64,000 nt of DNA from an uncultured Gammaproteobacteria bacterium (GTDB lineage: Bacteria; Patescibacteriota; Patescibacteriia; UBA9934; CAZDDW01): contig CAZDDW010000005.1 of NCBI GenBank assembly GCA_964504365.1, positions 1,630-65,629 of the forward strand, in the 5' to 3' direction. The position numbers and the translations under genes are program-made. Positions 57,924 to 64,000 of this stretch are shown in pieces. How positions within the stretch are numbered: position 1 is the stretch's first letter; every line of letters starts with the position of its first letter. The notes under the pieces were generated by a model, which did no database searches, had not been told where the DNA came from, and saw only the letters and a program-made list of their open reading frames with translations.

Positions 57924-58328
57924 ATGGCTGATACTAAGAAAAAATATATTGAGGCAATTGGGCGACGCAAAACTGCTATTGCACGTGTGCGATTGTTTGA
58001 AGGCGGAAAAGGAAACTTTGAAGTAAATGAGAAAGAAGCTAACGTATTTTTTCCAGTTTACGAACATCAGGAAATGTTAACCGCGCCATTTACCGCAGTT
58101 GGTCAGGATGGAAAGTTTGATATAACAGTACATGTTCGCGGTGGTGGAATTAATGGTCAGGCTGAGGCTGTTCGATTGGGAGTTGCTCGTGCTTTGGAAA
58201 AGTATAATCCAGAATTCCGAGCCAGTTTGAAAAAGCTTGGTTACCTGAAGCGAGATGACCGAAAGCGCGAACGAAAGAAACCGGGATTGAAAGCAGCTCG
58301 TCGCGCACCACAGTGGAGCAAGCGATAA
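57924..58328 (+). CDS. rpsI: 30S ribosomal protein S9
   Basis: GRRKTAIARV, GGGINGQA, ARRAPQWSKR. Confidence 0.97.
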   Translation: MADTKKKYIEAIGRRKTAIARVRLFEGGKGNFEVNEKEANVFFPVYEHQEMLTAPFTAVGQDGKFDITVHVRGGGINGQAEAVRLGVARALEKYNPEFRASLKKLGYLKRDDRKRERKKPGLKAARRAPQWSKR

Positions 58329-58339
58329 ATTTAAAAACA

Positions 58340-58367
58340 AAAAAGACGCCTTCTAGGGCGTCTTTTT
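58340..58367 (+). terminator. intrinsic (possibly bidirectional) terminator
   Basis: aaaaagacgcc-ttctag-ggcgtcttttt. Confidence 0.8.
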
Positions 58368-58407
58368 GATTCAATAGGTCAAATAAAAATCCGCTCAACA
58401 GAGCGGA

Positions 58408-59517
58408 CTAGAAGCGGAAGGTGGGTCCGAACTGGACACCAGCCCAGAAGCCGCGGCGGTCGCCACCGACTGTGGCCTCCAGGTTCAGGCCGAACTTGTC
58501 GGTTAGCATCAGGTCGATTCCACCGATGAGCACACCACCAGGCGCGGTCATCTCAGCACCGAAGCTGATCAGGAACGCGCCTCCGACGTAGGGTTGAGCC
58601 TTCTTGTCGCCGAAGCGATATCGGGCGCCAACACGGGCATGGGGCATGAGCATCAGCCAGCCACCAAGGTCAGACTCGAAGCGGACCATGTTGGCACCGC
58701 CACCGAGATCCAGCTCCAGACCCTTGACCAAGCGGACGTGTCCTCGCAGGCCGAAGTTCAGGTACTGGGCACCGTGTGCCTGGGCAAAGCCGATCACGCC
58801 GAGAGAAAGACCACCAGGACTTGGCTTGTCACCGTTCCCGTTGGTCACTGGCGGATCCGGCTCACGGTAGACCTGGACCAACAGTTTGTCACCACTGACA
58901 TTGACCACTCGCGTGAATACGCCTTGAGTGGTTGCATACTGGATTACGTGGATGCCTGGTCGAATCGGGATCGTGCCCGATACGCCAGGGTTGCGTGCTG
59001 TGCCATCCAAGGAGAAGTAGAGCACATCATCGTCGATCAAGTCGTAGTTGAGCTCGATCAACGGAAGTGCCATCACTTCACCCTTGGCAATCAGGAAAGC
59101 CTGCTGCGGATCTGGTGGGTAGTCAGTGTCCCAGGGCAAGGTCGGGTCGATGATCAGTGCACGTCGAAAGTTGTTCAGCGCGCCCTCGCGATCACCAGCG
59201 TTGAAGCTGGCCATGCCTTGGAAGTAGAACAGGTTGATCAGGGTATCTCGATCAATGTCCAGGTCGTTCATGCAGGACAGAGCAGTCATTGCCCGTCCGA
59301 GCGTGCCGCGGGCATTCTCGTCGCTCAGAGCATCGATCAGCTCGATTCCTCGAGCCAACTCAGCGGCAATGTCCAACCCGATCAGAGACGAGTCAAGGCA
59401 GGTTATTTCCTGGAAATCGCCGATGATCTGTACGAACTCTGGCGGATCTTCACTCTCCTGTGCTCCCACAGGCAAGCAGAAACTGAACAGTGCGAGAATT
59501 GCAGTATATCGCAACAT
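58408..59517 (-). CDS. secreted TPR-like protein with C-terminal outer-membrane beta-barrel-like domain
   Basis: Signal peptide, A...FRRAL.IDP, alternating beta strands (VGARYRF, QPYVGG), terminal TFRF. Confidence 0.7.
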   Translation of the reverse strand: MLRYTAILALFSFCLPVGAQESEDPPEFVQIIGDFQEITCLDSSLIGLDIAAELARGIELIDALSDENARGTLGRAMTALSCMNDLDIDRDTLINLFYFQGMASFNAGDREGALNNFRRALIIDPTLPWDTDYPPDPQQAFLIAKGEVMALPLIELNYDLIDDDVLYFSLDGTARNPGVSGTIPIRPGIHVIQYATTQGVFTRVVNVSGDKLLVQVYREPDPPVTNGNGDKPSPGGLSLGVIGFAQAHGAQYLNFGLRGHVRLVKGLELDLGGGANMVRFESDLGGWLMLMPHARVGARYRFGDKKAQPYVGGAFLISFGAEMTAPGGVLIGGIDLMLTDKFGLNLEATVGGDRRGFWAGVQFGPTFRF

Positions 59518-59650
59518 CTTTGGTCTCCTGATGATGTTGAAAAGTCCTAACGTAGTGGTGATTAAACTTACTATATTAAGCGGGCTCTGTCAAGCCCATC
59601 TGAGCTTATCTGCGGTTTCCAAGAACGTAAAATTGTAGTAAAATAAGCCT

Positions 59651-61079
59651 ATGAGTGATACAAGTATTGCGAAAAATACCATGTATTTAACAGCAGCATC
59701 TATCGGTCAGAAGGTGCTTGCTTTTGTTTATTTCATGTTTATTGCCAGGGTGATGAAGGTTGAAGGAACTGGCGCATACTTTTTGGCCTTGTCCTTAACG
59801 ACGATCTTTTCGATCATAGCCGACTTTGGATTGCAACCTGTGATAATCCGCGAGATTGCCAAGGGTAAGGAAGTTGGGCGGCTGATTCGGACCGTACTTG
59901 GAATCAAGATTCCATTAATGCTCTTGGCTTTTTTGTCTGTTATCGTTGCTGCGTATCTACTTGGATATGATCCATTGGTTCGCACGCTAGTTACCTTGGC
60001 TGCTGTTGTTATGGTTCTTGACAGTGTTTCTCTAACGTTTTACGGAATCCTCCGCGGTCAGCAATTGCTAAAGTATGAGTCACTTGGCGTTTTTATCGGA
60101 CAAGCAATTATCTTGATTTTTGGCGGATCTGTATTGTTCTTGGCTCCGTCGCTTCCGATGTTAATCGTTGCGTTAATCTTCGGTAGTTCGTTCAACGCAA
60201 TCTTCTCGATTTCAATGGTGCTCAAACGTTTCGGGCGAAAAGCTTTTATTCCAAGTTGGGACAGTGCATTCGTGCGTCGTGTGTTAAAGATCGCTTTACC
60301 ATTTGCCTTGGCCGGTGTGTTTGTTAAAGTTTATTCGTACATCGACACTGTGCTTTTGTCACAGTTTCATGGTGAAGCTGCAGTTGGGCTTTATGCAGTG
60401 GCCTACAAGTTTACCTACGCTTTCCAGTTCTTGCCAATGGCTTTTGTGGCTGCCTTGTATCCAGGAATCAGTTCGCTCTTAGTTAAGGACCGTGAACGTG
60501 TTGTCTATGTGTTTGAAGACGCGATGTGGTACATGATGCTCTTGGTCACCGATCGTGCTTGGGATTTGGAGCATTGCCGATCAGATGATCCCAGCTTTTG
60601 TTGGTTCAGAATTTATTGGATCAATTTTACCACTTCAGATTTTGGTCTTCGTACTCTTTTTTATCTTTCTTGATTTTCCGATTGGTGCCTTGCTAAACGC
60701 AGCGGATCGACAGGTTACCAAAACTGCGATCATGGGTGTGACCATGGTTGTCAATGTCATTCTGAACTTTTTGTTAATCCCAGTTTACAGTGTGATTGGT
60801 GCCACTATCGCCGCTTTAGGTAGCTTCTTTGTTTTGTTCGCAGGAGGTCTGTATTTCGTACCACAGATCATCTCATGGAAACCAAGTCGGCTAATCCGCC
60901 GGTTACTCCCGATCCTGGTCAGCGGTCTTATTATGGCTGCGGTTGCAGTTTTATTGAAATCCCAGCTACATTTTGTGCTTGTCATTGTTGTTGCGGCAGT
61001 GGTCTATTTTGCTTTACTTTTTGCCTTTAAGGCGGTAAGTTGGAAACAGATTAAACAAGGATTAAGCCTGGTTAAATAG
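59651..61079 (+). pseudogene. Wzx-type polysaccharide flippase interrupted by a frameshift near 60548 (or sequencing error)
   Basis: Frame 1 is flippase-like to MMLLV; continues as PIVLGIWS.. in another frame. Confidence 0.8.
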
Positions 61080-61080
61080 T

Positions 61081-62187
61081 ATGCGACGTATCTTGCTTCT
61101 CACTCTAGATTTTCCTCCACGACGGGGTGGTGTGGCCCGATATCTTTATGGTTTGGCTGAACATTGGAAAGATCAGATTTTTGTAGTTGCTCCACCAGAG
61201 ACTGGCTCGATCGGGCCAGACCAGGCTGCACCGTTTGAAATTAAGCGCGAGAAGATGCTTTACGATCGCTTCTGGCCGCGCTGGTTTAAATCGTTCCGCA
61301 CTGTTTCAAAATATCGAAGCAAATTTGACACACTCTGGATCAGTCACATTTTGCCCTTAGGAACAGTCGCTTTACTTGCTAAATGGTTTTTGCGAAAAGA
61401 CTATTTTATTTTTATGCACAGCATGGACTTTGCTTTGGCTACACGCAACGGTTGGAAGCGCTGGTTAACTGCAATGATTTTACGAGGAGCAAAGTTGGTG
61501 GTTACAAATTCGCATGCTCTTGAGGCCCGGGCTCAGGATTTTGTCGGTTCTGATTTTAAAACTTTAGTTGTTTATCCTTTTGTCCATCACGGCTTGGTGC
61601 GAGCAGACCTTGAAGATTCAGAGCAAGAGCCAAGGTCAATGTTAACCATGTTGACTGTTGGGCGTCTAGTTGGACGCAAAGGGCATCACAAGGTTCTTGA
61701 AGCAATGTCAAAATTAGTCGCAGCTGGCATGAACCAGATTCAGTACGTTATTGTTGGTTCAGGAATGGAGTATCACAGTTTGCTCAAGCATGCTCAAAAG
61801 TTAAACATCGAACCATTAGTTAAGTTTTATCAGAATGTTGGTGATGAGGATCTGCCGAGGATGTATCGCCAGGCAGATGTTTTTGTTATGCCAACAGAAG
61901 TGAAGGGGCGTGATCTTGAGGGCTTTGGAATTGTTTATTTAGAGGCTGGTTTGTCTGGTTTGCCAGTGATTGCTTCTAAACTACCTGGTGTAGATGAGGC
62001 CGTTGTCCATGGTCAGACCGGCGTCCTGGTTGAAGCGGGGAACTCAGATCAGATTGCGGCAGCGATTCGCTTCCTGGCAGAAAGTCCAGAAATGCGCACA
62101 CACTACGGTCGACTTGGTCGCAAGCGGGTTATGGAAGAATTCCTGTGTGAACATCAGGCCAAGAAACTAACACCATTCATGACATGA
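61081..62187 (+). CDS. glycosyltransferase family 4
   Basis: DFPP..GGV, TVGRL..RKG, EGFGIVYLEA. Confidence 0.92.
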   Translation: MRRILLLTLDFPPRRGGVARYLYGLAEHWKDQIFVVAPPETGSIGPDQAAPFEIKREKMLYDRFWPRWFKSFRTVSKYRSKFDTLWISHILPLGTVALLAKWFLRKDYFIFMHSMDFALATRNGWKRWLTAMILRGAKLVVTNSHALEARAQDFVGSDFKTLVVYPFVHHGLVRADLEDSEQEPRSMLTMLTVGRLVGRKGHHKVLEAMSKLVAAGMNQIQYVIVGSGMEYHSLLKHAQKLNIEPLVKFYQNVGDEDLPRMYRQADVFVMPTEVKGRDLEGFGIVYLEAGLSGLPVIASKLPGVDEAVVHGQTGVLVEAGNSDQIAAAIRFLAESPEMRTHYGRLGRKRVMEEFLCEHQAKKLTPFMT

Positions 62188-62894
62188 ATCCTTTGATCTC
62201 AGTTATAATTCCGACTTGGAACGATGGCCCGGTTTTGGGTCGTTGTTTAGATTCCGTGTTTAATCAAACTTTGAAGGATTTCGAAGTGATTGTGGTCAAT
62301 GATGCTTCAACCGATAATACCCCTGAAGTTCTAGAGTCTTATCGTGATCGGATCACTTTGATAAACAATCCACCAAACCTAGCTCGCAATCCCAACCCAA
62401 CCCGAATGCGTGGATTTCAAGAAGCCAAGGGAAAATTCTTACTCTTTCTTGATTCTGATATCAAGATGCGTCAGGATATGCTTGAGTTGCTGCACCAGGC
62501 CTTGGTTGATCATCCAGAAGCGTCGTATGCTTATGGCTCGTTTCGCTTCGGTGGGAAGTTGTTTAAAGGATTTGAATTCGATCCTGATCGATTGCGTCAG
62601 GTGAATTACATTCACACTTCGGCGCTGATTAGGCGTGAGGATTTTCCAGGGTTTGATCCGATAATCAAAAAGTTTCAGGATTGGGATGTTTGGTTGACCA
62701 TGTTGGAGCACGGGAAGCATGGGGTGTTTGTTGATCAGATCTTGTTCCAGGCCGCAGTTGATGATCATAGTATTTCCAACTGGATGCCAAAGATTGCATA
62801 CAAGTTGCCTTGGAATCTGATTGGCTGGAAACCAAAGCGGATTAAACGATACGAAGAAGCGCAAGAAATTATTCGGCGCAAACACAATCTATGA
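62184..62894 (+). CDS. glycosyltransferase family 2
   Basis: ISVIIPTWN, VNDASTD, FLDSD, QDWD. Confidence 0.9.
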   Translation: MNPLISVIIPTWNDGPVLGRCLDSVFNQTLKDFEVIVVNDASTDNTPEVLESYRDRITLINNPPNLARNPNPTRMRGFQEAKGKFLLFLDSDIKMRQDMLELLHQALVDHPEASYAYGSFRFGGKLFKGFEFDPDRLRQVNYIHTSALIRREDFPGFDPIIKKFQDWDVWLTMLEHGKHGVFVDQILFQAAVDDHSISNWMPKIAYKLPWNLIGWKPKRIKRYEEAQEIIRRKHNL

Positions 62895-63748
62895 CAGATG
62901 TTTCGATAATCATTGTTAACTATAAAGTGGCTGACCTGGTTGAGCGCTGCATTGCTTCGGTTTACGAACACACGAAGGGTGTGAAGTTTGAGATTTATCT
63001 GATCGATAACGCGTCAGGTGATGATGTTGTTCCGCGAATCAGTGCAAAATTTCCCGAAGTTAATATCATCGCCAATAATGAGAATCTTGGTTTTGCTTCT
63101 GCGTGTAACCAAGGAATCCAGCTTTGTCGCGGTGAATTCGTGCTACTTTTGAATCCTGATACAGAATTAAAGGATGACGCAATTTCAAAAGTAGTCGATA
63201 AGATGCGAGGCGAGCAAGATGTTGGGATTGCTGGGATTCACTTACTAAACACTGATGGTACACACCAAAGCTCTGGTGTGCGACATTTTCCAAAACCACT
63301 GGATCAACTTCTGATCATGCTCAAGGTTCCACATCTGCTTGGTGATATCGGACCGGTTCGGAAGTACATGATGCACGATTTTGACTATCGCGATACACAG
63401 GACGTGGACCAGGTCATGGGTGCTTTTTATTGCGTCCGTCGAAAACTGATCGAACAAATTGGTCCGTTAGATCAAGGATTTTTTATCTGGTTCGAGGAGG
63501 TTGATTTTTGTCGCCGCGCCAAGAACGCTAACTGGCGCATCAGATATTATCACGATGTCGAAGCTTATCATCATCGTGGCACCAGCTTTGGTCAAGTTTC
63601 GACATTTAGAAAACAAGCCTGGATCCGCCGCAGCCTACGTCGCTACATGAAAAAACATCACGGCCCAGCGGCTTGGCTCTTGTTCGTGATCCTGGAGCCA
63701 GTATTTATTATCCTTGCCGCCGGCGCCCAAATAATAAAACCAAAATAA
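62891..63748 (+). CDS. glycosyltransferase family 2 (rhamnosyltransferase-like)
   Basis: VSIIIVNY, IDNAS, NLGFA.ACN, LLNPD, EEVDFC. Confidence 0.9.
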   Translation: MTDVSIIIVNYKVADLVERCIASVYEHTKGVKFEIYLIDNASGDDVVPRISAKFPEVNIIANNENLGFASACNQGIQLCRGEFVLLLNPDTELKDDAISKVVDKMRGEQDVGIAGIHLLNTDGTHQSSGVRHFPKPLDQLLIMLKVPHLLGDIGPVRKYMMHDFDYRDTQDVDQVMGAFYCVRRKLIEQIGPLDQGFFIWFEEVDFCRRAKNANWRIRYYHDVEAYHHRGTSFGQVSTFRKQAWIRRSLRRYMKKHHGPAAWLLFVILEPVFIILAAGAQIIKPK

Positions 63749-63751
63749 AAT

Positions 63752-64000
63752 ATGTGTTTCACTCCTAAGGTTTCCATAGCTACCGCGATTATTGAATTGA
63801 TTTTTGCTTGCATTATCTTTTTCAGATACAAAAAATCAAAGATTGCAAAGTTTGCTGCGTTGTTTGTTTTGCTGCTCGGGTTTTATCAGTTCACAGAATT
63901 CATGCTCTGTACTACTGGCAATACGCAGCTTTGGGGCAAGCTTGGATTTATCACTTACACAATCTTACCAGCGCTTGGTCTGCACCTGACGTTAAAGCAC
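63752..64000 (+). CDS. membrane protein, partial (runs off window)
   Basis: MCFTPKVSIATAIIE...LLGFYQFTEFMLC open to the window end. Confidence 0.7.
   Translation, partial: MCFTPKVSIATAIIELIFACIIFFRYKKSKIAKFAALFVLLLGFYQFTEFMLCTTGNTQLWGKLGFITYTILPALGLHLTLKH

Overview
This is a bacterial chromosomal window that looks like Patescibacteria/CPR (inference). Supporting signs are housekeeping genes with no Shine-Dalgarno site, RpoA lacking the alpha-CTD, C-terminally short AlaS, short RplM, a solo VirD4-like ATPase, and a PaaX/Cas2-like regulator with no CRISPR. Core content: murF, a MacAB-type ABC exporter, a Kef-type antiporter, CIRCE-hrcA-grpE-dnaK-dnaJ, an ECF sigma/anti-sigma pair, cysS, dnaX, rimK, VKOR/thioredoxin, era, rlmD, murJ, alaS, infA-rpmJ-rpsM-rpsK-rpsD-rpoA-rplQ-rplM-rpsI, a flippase/glycosyltransferase locus, tRNA-Glu(CTC) and tRNA-Gln(CTG). 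GC-richer orphan genes are interspersed, most with their own promoter and terminator. The most unusual signals are non-coding. (1) A ~1.1 kb GC-rich minus-strand unit (10980-12101) has its own sigma70 promoter and terminator, no credible long ORF, and about 20 consecutive hairpins. (2) A ~210 bp element occurs four times; its long stem is rewritten in one copy while pairing is kept. (3) Homologous structured inserts follow both tRNAs and end in a duplicated tRNA 3' end. (4) A ~180 nt stand-alone ncRNA candidate lies at 42147-42327. All structures were read by eye; no folding or database search was run.
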